From positions 6,445 to 70,444 of IMG/VR virus record IMGVR_UViG_3300033074_002135: a DNA stretch of 64,000 bases. One strand, 5' to 3'. Positions 1 to 8,428 of the stretch are shown in pieces. This DNA comes from a virus. Lineage: Duplodnaviria; Caudoviricetes. Position 1 is the stretch's first letter, and each line of letters starts with the position of its first letter. The notes below the pieces were generated by a model that was not told the DNA's origin, made no database searches, and saw nothing but the letters and a program-made list of their open reading frames with translations. The position numbers and the translations under genes are program-made.

Positions 1-99
1 TGCGATCAAAATCGTACGCGCGTCGTGTCGCCATAAGCGATCGCGGCACCATAGTCGTTCTGCCCGGCGGCAAGGACCAGCCGGGCAGGAGAGGGAACC

Positions 100-552
100 A
101 TGACGATCAAGACCACCACGAAGGCAGCCCACGTCTCAGAGGTCCCCGCGCACGCGCGCGGCGGCGCCTCCGTCTTCCTCACGGTCGTGCACACCCTGGC
201 GGGGTCGTTCCCCGCGTATGGCGGGCCCGACCGCGCGGCGGCCTCAGCGGCCGCTGCACCCGGAGAGGTCGAGCTCGTGCGGCTCGACTCGGTGTGGACC
301 GAAGAGGTCCACGCCACCATCACCGACTTCGACGGCCGGCGCGCGGACATCCCGAGCGGCGTGCACGCCGTGCTCGGATCCTTCATCGAGGGCGACGAGG
401 TCGTCGCGCTCGTGCTCGAGAGCGGCCTCGACCCGCTCGCAGCGGCGAGCCGCTGCGCCGCGTACACGCCCGGTGCGCTCGCGGTCCGCACCGGCCGCGA
501 AGAGGCGTGGCGAGAGGACAAGGACCTCAGCGACTTCCTCAGCCACGGCTGA
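100..552 (+). CDS. Hypothetical protein (150 aa)
   Basis: GGAGAGG RBS before ATG 100; GC3-biased codons. Confidence 0.8.
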   Translation: MTIKTTTKAAHVSEVPAHARGGASVFLTVVHTLAGSFPAYGGPDRAAASAAAAPGEVELVRLDSVWTEEVHATITDFDGRRADIPSGVHAVLGSFIEGDEVVALVLESGLDPLAAASRCAAYTPGALAVRTGREEAWREDKDLSDFLSHG

Positions 553-635
553 GCCCCGCCCATGCAGACCGAGCTCCGGTTCGGTCTGCAGAGGCGGTGC
601 TCCGCACCACAACCCAACCGAGAGGAGAGTGCTCA

Positions 636-953
636 ATGCTCGCGAAGATCGAAATGCCCGTAGCGCGTGGCGCCTTCGGGCCCGGTGTGATCCGCACCTT
701 CAAGGTGCGCACCCTTCACGATGACGCGGTGACGGTCGTGCGTCCCGACGGCAGCGAGTCCACGTTCGGCCTCGTCCGTGTGATCGAGTTCCGCAAAGAC
801 AACTCACCAGTCACTCAAGGTGACTGGGTCGAGGACACCACCACGGGCGAACGTGGGCTGCTGTGGCGCATCGTCAACGGCGTCGGCAGCGTGCACCGCC
901 CCGACGCGGCCCTCGAGGTGCCGATCGCCAACCTCCGCCGGGTGCTGCCGTGA
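636..953 (+). CDS. Hypothetical protein (105 aa, beta-rich, SH3/KOW-like appearance)
   Basis: AGGAG RBS before ATG 636 within ORF 294..953. Confidence 0.75.
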   Translation: MLAKIEMPVARGAFGPGVIRTFKVRTLHDDAVTVVRPDGSESTFGLVRVIEFRKDNSPVTQGDWVEDTTTGERGLLWRIVNGVGSVHRPDAALEVPIANLRRVLP

Positions 954-961
954 CTCGACGC

Positions 962-1186
962 ATGACGATCAGCCCGGCCTATGGGCGGGACTACAAGTCG
1001 AAGGCGGAGGTCCTTGAGGACCTCCGCGCCGGCAAGGACTTCATCGTCCACGAGCCGCACGGGAGCGCGTACATCAACCTCGAGGGCCTGCTCCACGCAG
1101 GCGTCGAGGAGGTGAACGTGCGCTACAAGAAGCTGCGCACCGTCTCGGTCTTCCGGGTGCGCGAGATCAAAGGAGACGCCGCATGA
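962..1186 (+). CDS. Phage hypothetical protein (PAYGRDYKSK motif)
   Basis: ATG 962; ATGA overlap with next ORF; motif recalled from small phage proteins. Confidence 0.75.
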   Translation: MTISPAYGRDYKSKAEVLEDLRAGKDFIVHEPHGSAYINLEGLLHAGVEEVNVRYKKLRTVSVFRVREIKGDAA

Positions 1187-1263
1187 CGATCGTGATCCTC
1201 GTCACCGCCTTCATCACTGCCGGCACGTTGGCTGCGTGCCGGCTCGCGGGAGCGAACCGATGA
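1183..1263 (+). CDS. Small hydrophobic peptide (26 aa, MTIVILVTAFITAGTLAACRLAGANR)
   Basis: AGGAG RBS; ATGA overlaps at both ends. Confidence 0.5.
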   Translation: MTIVILVTAFITAGTLAACRLAGANR

Positions 1264-1493
1264 CACAGCACCTCGCACTGCTTCCGGCGTGCGCGTGCGG
1301 CTGCACCGTGACCCTCGTCGTGTACGAGCTGGACGCGGACGGCACCCTCATCGAGCGCGAGCTCGACCGCGGCCTCTCACGGCCGCAGGGCGAGCGGCTC
1401 CTCGCCTTCGTTGCGGCCAACGTCGACCGCATCGACACCCGCTACTTCCCGGTCACCGACGCGTGGGCAGCGCTCACCTCGACTGCGCCGTGA
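1260..1493 (+). CDS. Hypothetical protein (77 aa)
   Basis: ATGA-coupled start at 1260. Confidence 0.65.
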   Translation: MTQHLALLPACACGCTVTLVVYELDADGTLIERELDRGLSRPQGERLLAFVAANVDRIDTRYFPVTDAWAALTSTAP

Positions 1494-1629
1494 GAGGTGC
1501 GGGGGTGGACCTCGCTTTTCTTCGTGCGCAGTGAGAGAAAAACACTCCGTGCACGGAAGACGAGCGAAGCGAGTCTGACGTACCCATGGACTACCTTTCT
1601 TCTATACCTTTTGATCTTCAACTACATAC

Positions 1630-1663
1630 GAGGGTGGAGCTGTGCTCCACCCTCTTTGCGTTT
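1630..1663 (+). terminator. Putative intrinsic terminator
   Basis: 11-bp stem GAGGGTGGAGC/GCTCCACCCTC followed by TTTGCGTTT. Confidence 0.55.
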
Positions 1664-1716
1664 CAGCGCGCGGTGAGCTCACCACACCTCAGCCGCGCGG
1701 GAGAGGTGAACGACAC

Positions 1717-2868
1717 ATGAGCAGCGAATCGATCATCAAAGCAGCACTCTTCACCCCGACCAGTCGAGGCTGGGGTCTGCCCGCCCTGTTCTGGGGGCTC
1801 AGCGGAGTCGGCAAGAGCGACCTCATCGAGAGCGTCGGGAAGAAGTGGCGCATGCACGTGGAGGTGCTCTCGCCCTCCGAGCGCGGCGAGGGTGCCTTCG
1901 GCGTCACCCCGGTGCCTCGGCAGGTCGGTAGCGCGTACGTGATGAGCTACCCGGCACCCGACTGGATCGAGTCCTTCGAGGACTTCGACGAACGCGGCAT
2001 CGTCTTCCTCGATGAGCTCACGACTGCACCGCCGATCATCCAGGCCGCGATGCTCGGCCTCATCCAAGCGAAGCGGATCGGTGGCGCCACGCTGCCGAAG
2101 GGCGTGCGCATCCTCGCCGCAGCCAACCCTCCGGAGTTGGCGGCCGGTGGGTGGGACCTCGCCCCGCCGGCTGCGAACCGCCTCGGTCACCTTCACTGGT
2201 CCCCGCCGACCGAGGAGGAGTGGGCCGACTTCGAGCTCGGGGGAGCTCAGCTCGAGCCGACCGAGGTGCTCGACCCGGCGGCCGAGGAGGCGCGTGTGCT
2301 GAAGGTGTGGGGCCGCGAGCGCGCGAAGGCCGTGGGCCTCTTCACCGCCTTCCACCTGCGCAAGCGCGGGATGCTCCACAAGCAGCCCGAGGCTGGCTCG
2401 CCGCAGGCCACACGTGCTTGGGCGTCGCATCGCTCGTGGAGCAATGCGATCCTCGCGTGGACCTCGAGCGCGGTGCACAGCCTCACCGCAGCCGAGCGCA
2501 TCGCCTTCGTCGAGGGCTTCGTCGGCGAGGGCGCGACTCGGGAGCTGCTCGCGTTCGCGCACACGATGGACCTGCCGGACCCCGTCGACTTGCTCGAAGG
2601 GCGCGTGACCTGGGAGCACGACCCGCGACGACTCGATCGCTCACAGGCAGTGATCAGCTCGTGCGTCGCGCTCGTGACCGGTGCGCCGAAGGACAACGCC
2701 GAGGTGCGCGTCCCGGCGCTGTGGACGCTGCTCGACCGCTGCCCCGCGGACGACGTCACGGCGCTCGCCGTGCGCCCGCTCTCGAAGGCGGGCCTCACGC
2801 GTACGCGCGAGGCGGTCCCGGTCCTCGCCCGCCTCCGCCCCGTCCTCGTCGCAGCGGGGTTGGCGTGA
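1717..2868 (+). CDS. MoxR-like AAA+ ATPase
   Basis: Walker A GLSGVGKS, Walker B IVFLDE, AANP sensor-1, PPAANRLGHL arginine-finger region; GAGAGG RBS before ATG 1717. Confidence 0.9.
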   Translation: MSSESIIKAALFTPTSRGWGLPALFWGLSGVGKSDLIESVGKKWRMHVEVLSPSERGEGAFGVTPVPRQVGSAYVMSYPAPDWIESFEDFDERGIVFLDELTTAPPIIQAAMLGLIQAKRIGGATLPKGVRILAAANPPELAAGGWDLAPPAANRLGHLHWSPPTEEEWADFELGGAQLEPTEVLDPAAEEARVLKVWGRERAKAVGLFTAFHLRKRGMLHKQPEAGSPQATRAWASHRSWSNAILAWTSSAVHSLTAAERIAFVEGFVGEGATRELLAFAHTMDLPDPVDLLEGRVTWEHDPRRLDRSQAVISSCVALVTGAPKDNAEVRVPALWTLLDRCPADDVTALAVRPLSKAGLTRTREAVPVLARLRPVLVAAGLA

Positions 2869-3323
2869 CGCGTAGGAAGAAGATCCGCCCCGCGCGGCAG
2901 GCGCGTACGATCGAAGAGGCGACCGTGTGGCTCGTATGCACTCAGGTCTCGCTCTTCCTCGATCGAGACTCGCTGGTGCCAGAGGTCGACGACGCGCAGC
3001 AGTGGTTCACCGAAGAAGAAGCTGCGGCCGCAGCGCAGCAGCATCACGCGGCAAGCGGCCGCGTGATGCGGGTGATGCGCGCTCGACGCACCAACCTCGG
3101 CGCAGAGAACCTCATGCAGCACCGCGTCCGAGAGAGCCACAAGCTCGAGACGCTGGCGCTCGAGCTCGGCGTGAGCGTCAAGTACGCTCACGGGTTGTGT
3201 TGGGGGCTCACGCTGCCCAGCCTTCCGGTCGCTGGTGTGATCTCCGACCACACCGGTATCCCACTCCACTGGTGGCTCGAGCCTCTCATCACCCCCCACT
3301 TCCCGAACTTCGAGGCCGCATGA
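2865..3323 (+). CDS. Protein with C-terminal XRE-family helix-turn-helix
   Basis: LETLALELGVSVKYAHGLCWGLTLPSLPVAGVISDHTGIPLHWWL resembles Cro/C1 HTH; GTGA and ATGA overlaps with neighbours. Confidence 0.7.
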   Translation: MTRRKKIRPARQARTIEEATVWLVCTQVSLFLDRDSLVPEVDDAQQWFTEEEAAAAAQQHHAASGRVMRVMRARRTNLGAENLMQHRVRESHKLETLALELGVSVKYAHGLCWGLTLPSLPVAGVISDHTGIPLHWWLEPLITPHFPNFEAA

Positions 3324-4642
3324 AGCTCCCGACACACAAGGCCCTCGCGGCGGCGCGTCTCTACGCTGTCGAGAAGGCACCCTACTTCGCGCAAGCGATC
3401 CTCGCGATGCAGCCGCACGAGGTGCCGAACGGCACCTTCAGCCCAACAGGCACCTTCGCGATCACTGCTCGAGGCGTGCTGCTCTACGAGCCCGCAGCAC
3501 TCGAGTGCTGGTCGGCGCAAGAGGCCGGAGCCGTCCTCATCCACGAGGTCTCGCACTGGCTGCGCGACCACGCCGGACGCGCAGCAGCTCTATCGATCAG
3601 CACTCCCGAGGACCGCGACCGCTGGAACCTCGCGTGTGATGCAGAGATCAACGACGACCTCATCGACATGCAGCTCCCGCTGCCTGACGGGGGTGGCATC
3701 CAACCCAAGACGCTCGGCTGTCCCAACGGCCGCACGGCCGAGGAGTATTACGCGCACCTCCGCCAGCAGGGCGGAGCGCCTCAGAAGAAGCCGGGCTTCG
3801 CTGGGCAGGAGTCGTGCGGCTCGGGTGCTGGCGGGAACGCCGACGCCGAAGAGGCGCTCGGGCTCGGCTCTGGTGGTGGCAAGGGCGGCGAGGACGGCGA
3901 GGGCGAGGCTGATGCCGGGGAGGGCTCCGACGCGCCTCCTGGGCACGCCGCCGACGTCGCTGAGGCCGTGCGCCAGGCGACCGCGGTCGCCATCTCGGAC
4001 GCGGCTCAGCGCGGCATCGGCAAGGTCCCGGCAGGGCTCCAGCGCTGGGCTGAGGCGCGCACGAAGCCTCCGCACGTCCCGTGGACGCAGAAGCTCGCAC
4101 GCGTCGGTCGCGCTGTGGTCGCTCACCGCGCGGGCGCGAGCGACTATGCGTACACGCGCGTCGCGCGAAGGCAGGGCGGGCTCGGCTTCGGCGCGGGCGC
4201 TCCGATCGCTCCTGCGCTCATCGCCAAGACCCCGCGCGTCGCCGTCGCGGTCGACACGTCGGGCTCGATGGGCAAGGCGGAGATCGAGCGCGCCGTCATC
4301 GAAGCCGAGGCCGTGATGAAGGCGGTCGGCAGCACGATCGAGTTCTTGTCGTGCGACTGCGCGGTGCACTCGGTCGTGCGGGTGCGTACTGCTCGAGAGC
4401 TCATCGCCGCGCTCAAGGGTGGCGGAGGCACGAGCTTCGTTCCGGTGTTCGACGAGGTCGCGCGCTGGCGCCAGAAGCCCGACGTCCTCGTCTTCATCAC
4501 CGACGGCGGCGGCGACGCGCCCGCGCGCGCTCCGAAGGGCCTCTCGGTCATCTGGGTGCTCGTCGGGAAGCACCGGTGCCGGCCCTACGCTCGCGGCGGC
4601 GGCCAGTGCTCGTGGGGTGAGTTCATCGAGGTCGACGACTGA
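3320..4642 (+). CDS. HEXXH metallopeptidase-like + VWA domain protein (DUF2201 type)
   Basis: LIHEVSH and WNLACDAEIND; Gly/acidic linker; MIDAS DTSGS, GGGGTSF, FITDG. Confidence 0.9.
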   Translation: MKLPTHKALAAARLYAVEKAPYFAQAILAMQPHEVPNGTFSPTGTFAITARGVLLYEPAALECWSAQEAGAVLIHEVSHWLRDHAGRAAALSISTPEDRDRWNLACDAEINDDLIDMQLPLPDGGGIQPKTLGCPNGRTAEEYYAHLRQQGGAPQKKPGFAGQESCGSGAGGNADAEEALGLGSGGGKGGEDGEGEADAGEGSDAPPGHAADVAEAVRQATAVAISDAAQRGIGKVPAGLQRWAEARTKPPHVPWTQKLARVGRAVVAHRAGASDYAYTRVARRQGGLGFGAGAPIAPALIAKTPRVAVAVDTSGSMGKAEIERAVIEAEAVMKAVGSTIEFLSCDCAVHSVVRVRTARELIAALKGGGGTSFVPVFDEVARWRQKPDVLVFITDGGGDAPARAPKGLSVIWVLVGKHRCRPYARGGGQCSWGEFIEVDD

Positions 4643-4950
4643 TGCGCGCGATGCTCAGCGAAGAGGCGGCATTTCTATTCGATCTCGCGGAGGGGACCGT
4701 CTCCATCGCGAGTACCGAGAGGGTGCCGCCTCTCGCTGGGATCAGCCTCACCGAATGGCAGTGGGCAGATCTCGCGTACGAGCAGGGAGGCGACCAGCTC
4801 GTCAGGAGCGCGCTCATCCGCAACAACCGCGGCGACCTGCTCGAGACCTGGGAAGCAGCGATCATCGCAGCGACGCTCGCGTATGAGCGTGACGCAGACC
4901 GCGCTGCCGCCCCGCACCCACTGCGCGGCGAGCCCTGGCTCGGCAAGTAA
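4642..4950 (+). CDS. Hypothetical protein (102 aa)
   Basis: TGATG overlap with upstream gene. Confidence 0.65.
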   Translation: MRAMLSEEAAFLFDLAEGTVSIASTERVPPLAGISLTEWQWADLAYEQGGDQLVRSALIRNNRGDLLETWEAAIIAATLAYERDADRAAAPHPLRGEPWLGK

Positions 4951-4968
4951 GCTCCGGCGGGGTGGACC

Positions 4969-5256
4969 ATGGAACCAACTCAGTCAGAGATCGACTTCAT
5001 CTTCGACACCGTTCTGTTGCGTAACGTCTCGGCGCAGAGCTCGAGTACCGACACGGGGCTCGCACTCTCAGAGGAGCTTCCGATCCGTCAAGTGAACCTG
5101 AGCGTCACTGCGATCATTGCTATCGTGATGGTCGACGGGCACGCAGAGCTCCGTCGCCATCTCATCGCCTGCAAGCGACACGACCTCTTACCCGCGCTCG
5201 ATGCTGCGGTGGCCGAAGATGCCATTATGCGCGGAAGGCTAGTGAACGATGACTGA
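4969..5256 (+). CDS. Hypothetical protein (95 aa)
   Basis: ORF in operon context. Confidence 0.65.
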   Translation: MEPTQSEIDFIFDTVLLRNVSAQSSSTDTGLALSEELPIRQVNLSVTAIIAIVMVDGHAELRRHLIACKRHDLLPALDAAVAEDAIMRGRLVNDD

Positions 5257-5623
5257 CGCTGAACGATCATTCCTGATCGACGTGTACCTCGGGATCTACG
5301 AGCACCACCAGATCGAGTACCGAGCGCTCTCGGCGAAGACCTCGCGTGCCGATGCACCCCGCGACCAGCGCGCGCTCGACCGGATGGCGGAGCTTCGTGC
5401 GCTCATCGACGCGCAGCCACTCGCAGGAGTCCCGTTCTACGCGTCGAAGATCGCGGTGTGGCTCAATCCCTCTCCGACGCAGTCGCGCCTCCTGACGATG
5501 CGCTCGATCGTCATCCCGCAGGCGCAGGGCTGGATCCGCAAGTGGGATCGCGACGACGTTGCCGATGCGCTCCCCGAGCTGTACGACGCCGCCGTGGTCC
5601 TCAGCAGTCTGGGGGCGCCATGA
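5249..5623 (+). CDS. Hypothetical protein (124 aa)
   Basis: Overlapping start/stop with neighbours. Confidence 0.7.
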   Translation: MTDAERSFLIDVYLGIYEHHQIEYRALSAKTSRADAPRDQRALDRMAELRALIDAQPLAGVPFYASKIAVWLNPSPTQSRLLTMRSIVIPQAQGWIRKWDRDDVADALPELYDAAVVLSSLGAP

Positions 5624-6087
5624 CCAAGCGCTTCGATCCAAACTGGACCGAGGCGGGCTCGGTCCTCGCAGGCGCTCACGGCGCGCACATGCGCCCGCCA
5701 CCTGCCGGACTACTCGAGCCGACGCCTGAAGAGCTCGAGGCGTTCTGGGTGGCTTGGCACCACAACACTCAGGCTGCGAAGGCAGCGCTACGCGGCTTCG
5801 AGCAGAAGATCAAGTGGCTGGACGGGGCGGGGCAGCTCAAAGGCAACTGGGTGCAAGAGCGCGCCGTCGAGGTTGTGGCCGCTGAGATCGCGCTCATCAA
5901 CAACCCGCACCTCATCCGCCGAGTGCCATTCCCGCCGATCGCCCTGCTGCGCCACAGGATCTCGCGCGGGTTCGCCGGGTTCTGTGGCTGGATCGAGGAC
6001 ATGGGACGTCCGGACCTCATCACGGCAGAGATGCTCGCAGCGGCCGAAGTGGACCGCGCGCTCAACGAAGGGAAGAATGCATCATGA
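5620..6087 (+). CDS. Hypothetical protein (155 aa)
   Basis: ATGA-coupled start at 5620. Confidence 0.7.
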   Translation: MTKRFDPNWTEAGSVLAGAHGAHMRPPPAGLLEPTPEELEAFWVAWHHNTQAAKAALRGFEQKIKWLDGAGQLKGNWVQERAVEVVAAEIALINNPHLIRRVPFPPIALLRHRISRGFAGFCGWIEDMGRPDLITAEMLAAAEVDRALNEGKNAS

Positions 6088-6275
6088 AGAAAGTCGACAC
6101 CGGCCGCCTCAGCTCGGCACAACCGCGCCTCCAGAACATTCCGATCCGCACCGAAGAAGGACGACGCATCCGCGAAGCCTTCGAGCCCTCGACGCCGCTG
6201 CTCGTCGATGCCGACTACCCGACGATGGAGCTGCGCTTGCTCTCCGAGCTCGCTCGCCAGAAGGCTCCGAAGTGA
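6084..6275 (+). CDS. Stand-alone mini protein homologous to the DNA polymerase I palm segment (motif 2 to motif A)
   Basis: TGRLSSAQPRLQNIPIRTEEGRRIREAF...DADYPTMELR parallels Pol I [28 protein letters not shown]...SADYSQIELR; ATGA/GTGA coupling at both ends. Confidence 0.85.
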   Translation: MKKVDTGRLSSAQPRLQNIPIRTEEGRRIREAFEPSTPLLVDADYPTMELRLLSELARQKAPK

Positions 6276-7000
6276 TCCCCCGCAAGTTCATCCTCAGCCC
6301 GCACACCTTCGCTGCGGCGGAGCAGTGTGCGGCCGCACGCGTCTACCGCGGCGAGAAGCAGCCGCCCTCACACGCGATGTGGCACGGCATCGCGGTGCAC
6401 CGCTTCCTCGAATACACGTTCAAGTTCGGGCGTGAGTATGCGGTCAACTACATCCGATCCAAGTTCAAGAACCGCGCGAAGTTCTGCGAGGCTCTCGATC
6501 TGTCCGGCATCCCGGCGGGTGACCCAGAGCCCCAGTTCGTCCTCGACCCTCGTGAGGAGTACGCGATCCTCGTCGACGCTGGCGCGGTGCGCGCTGAGGC
6601 GTCACCGAAGCAGCACGTGATCGTGAAGGGCGACCTGCTCGTCGCCGGTGAGGCGTGGGCGATCGACTTCAAGACCGGCGAGCACCCGGTCGACTTGGAC
6701 ACCTCGCCACAGGCGATGCTCGAGGCGCTGGCGGTGTGGCTGCACTGGGCGCGGCCCGCCAAGGTGCGCACCTCGATCTACCGCATCCGCAAGGAGCCGC
6801 AGCCGCCGACCCACAAGGACTGGACCGCGGCCGAGCTCGAGGTCGCGCTGAAGCGCGTGCGCCGCGTGCACCTCCAAGTGCTCGAGACTCGCGCCGAGTT
6901 CTACAAGGAAGGCGTGCAGCCCGAGTTCACGCCGGGCGATCACTGCTACCGCTGCGACACGCGGCTCACGTGCCCGGAGGCTCCCGGTGCGCGCGAGTGA
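6272..7000 (+). CDS. PD-(D/E)XK RecB/Cas4-like exonuclease
   Basis: N-terminal SP..EQC and HGIAVHRFLE; GDLL..AIDFKTG; C-terminal CYRC..TCP (putative Fe-S ligands); GTG start 6272. Confidence 0.85.
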   Translation: MIPRKFILSPHTFAAAEQCAAARVYRGEKQPPSHAMWHGIAVHRFLEYTFKFGREYAVNYIRSKFKNRAKFCEALDLSGIPAGDPEPQFVLDPREEYAILVDAGAVRAEASPKQHVIVKGDLLVAGEAWAIDFKTGEHPVDLDTSPQAMLEALAVWLHWARPAKVRTSIYRIRKEPQPPTHKDWTAAELEVALKRVRRVHLQVLETRAEFYKEGVQPEFTPGDHCYRCDTRLTCPEAPGARE

Positions 7001-7205
7001 GGCGCTCGCAGAGATCGACACTGACGAGCTCTCGCGTGAAGAGCTCGAGCGGCTGGTGAAGCTCCGACGCGCAGTCGCGCTGCTCGAGGAAGCTGAAGAC
7101 GCAGACGCAGACTCCGGTGCTGGGCGCGCTGCTCACGGAGCGCTGCGTTGGATCGTGTACTACGTGAAAGAGGCTCCCGATCGAAGAGCCTGGAGGCGCC
7201 GATGA
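6987..7205 (+). CDS. Hypothetical protein (72 aa)
   Basis: GGAGG RBS before GTG; ATGA overlap downstream. Confidence 0.6.
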   Translation: MRASEALAEIDTDELSREELERLVKLRRAVALLEEAEDADADSGAGRAAHGALRWIVYYVKEAPDRRAWRRR

Positions 7206-7390
7206 CTCTCGATGAGATCTTGGGCTGCAATGCGGGCACCGAGGTGTGGTGGGAAGACCCGGACGGTGGGCTCTGCTCTCGACACGTCACGATCGCGCGC
7301 GTCGACTACGGGCCCGCCGAAGATACGGTTACGATCACCGAAGCTGACGGCTCTGTGCTCGAGGCACACCCCGAGGAGTTCTCATGGTGA
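7202..7390 (+). CDS. Hypothetical protein (62 aa)
   Basis: GGAGG RBS; ATG 7202. Confidence 0.65.
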   Translation: MTLDEILGCNAGTEVWWEDPDGGLCSRHVTIARVDYGPAEDTVTITEADGSVLEAHPEEFSW

Positions 7391-7899
7391 GGCGGCTGCT
7401 GGTGGCGGGGTGGATCTGGCTCTGTCTTTCGGGGTGCCGCCCGTTGGTGCCCGACGAGGCTGGCCCACTGAGCGCCGACGAGCTCGAGGCGGTCGAGCTC
7501 GCCTACGACGTCTGGGAGAGCAGCGGGCGCAGCATCCCGGAGGGCTGCGCGCACGTCTGGGAGTTCCGCACCAACCGGGACGGCGGCGAGGTCTTCGAGC
7601 GCTGGTGCGGAGCTCCAGCCGCGCTCGAGGGTGGCGTCTGCCCCGTCGAGGGCGAGCGCTGCGGGCTCGGCTGCTACAAGCTCGGCCGGCGGCCGCGCAG
7701 CACCGCCAGACGCCCGGAGCGCGCGCTCCCGGTCATCATGCAGGCGCCGTGGCTCAGCCCCGCCGAGGTGCGCATGGTGATGGTCCACGAGACCTTCCAC
7801 TACCTACTCGAGTGCAGCGGCAACTACCTCGGCGATCCGCTGCATGGTGATCGTGCAGTCTGGGATTCGATGATGGAGGAGGCGCTCAATGGCGATTGA
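7384..7899 (+). CDS. Putative lipoprotein with HEXXH zincin motif
   Basis: Signal peptide ending in LSGC lipobox; VHETFH; several Cys. Confidence 0.75.
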   Translation: MVRRLLVAGWIWLCLSGCRPLVPDEAGPLSADELEAVELAYDVWESSGRSIPEGCAHVWEFRTNRDGGEVFERWCGAPAALEGGVCPVEGERCGLGCYKLGRRPRSTARRPERALPVIMQAPWLSPAEVRMVMVHETFHYLLECSGNYLGDPLHGDRAVWDSMMEEALNGD

Positions 7900-8125
7900 T
7901 CTAGAAGGGTTCGATGTAACCCTCGCGCGCAAAGTCGGGCATCTGTGCCACAACCGGCGGTGCACCGTGGCCGAGCTTGCAGCGGAGATGGACGCGCACC
8001 CGCGCCGCGCAAAGAGCTGGCTCGCGCGTCTTGTGCGGTTGGGCTTCTTGGAGAACGACCGGGGCTCCTACTACCCCACCAGCGAGGGGTGGGAAACTCT
8101 GGACTTGCTGCTGGAGAGTACATGA
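7889..8125 (+). CDS. Winged-HTH DNA-binding protein
   Basis: CTVAELAAEMDAHPRRAKSWLARLVRLGFLENDRGSYYPT pattern. Confidence 0.75.
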   Translation: MAIDLEGFDVTLARKVGHLCHNRRCTVAELAAEMDAHPRRAKSWLARLVRLGFLENDRGSYYPTSEGWETLDLLLEST

Positions 8126-8319
8126 AGAAACGCGCATTCACGGTCACCGTGATCGCCTGCACTCAGTGCCCTTCGTTCGTCGACAAGGACGATCAGGAGC
8201 CCGCGACAGGCTGGTTCAACACCCACAGGTGCAAAGAGGGCGGCTCCCCCGACTGGAAGTACCCAGGGAGTTCGATCCCCGACGACTGCCCGAGGCTCCC
8301 GAAGGCTGGTGTGCGATGA
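8122..8319 (+). CDS. Small Cys-containing hypothetical protein (65 aa)
   Basis: CTQCP...HRC...DCPRL; ATGA-coupled. Confidence 0.65.
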   Translation: MKKRAFTVTVIACTQCPSFVDKDDQEPATGWFNTHRCKEGGSPDWKYPGSSIPDDCPRLPKAGVR

Positions 8320-8428
8320 TGGGCACGTCTGGCAGCAAGAAGCTGGATCGACTTCTGCGCCCACTCGTGACAGTCTTTCTGATCTACCCGCACGAACTGA
8401 AGATGTGGGTGAAGAGGAAGCGGCGGTC

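Noticed and set aside
1-60. Promoter at the window start
   Set aside because: Only weak -35/-10 matches
1586-1720. 44-codon AT-rich ORF as a confident protein gene
   Set aside because: Codon usage is unlike other genes and there is no clear RBS; mentioned only as a possible leader
6272-7000. Cas4-like nuclease as evidence of a CRISPR-Cas locus
   Set aside because: No repeat-spacer array or other cas genes seen; solo Cas4-like nucleases are common in phages
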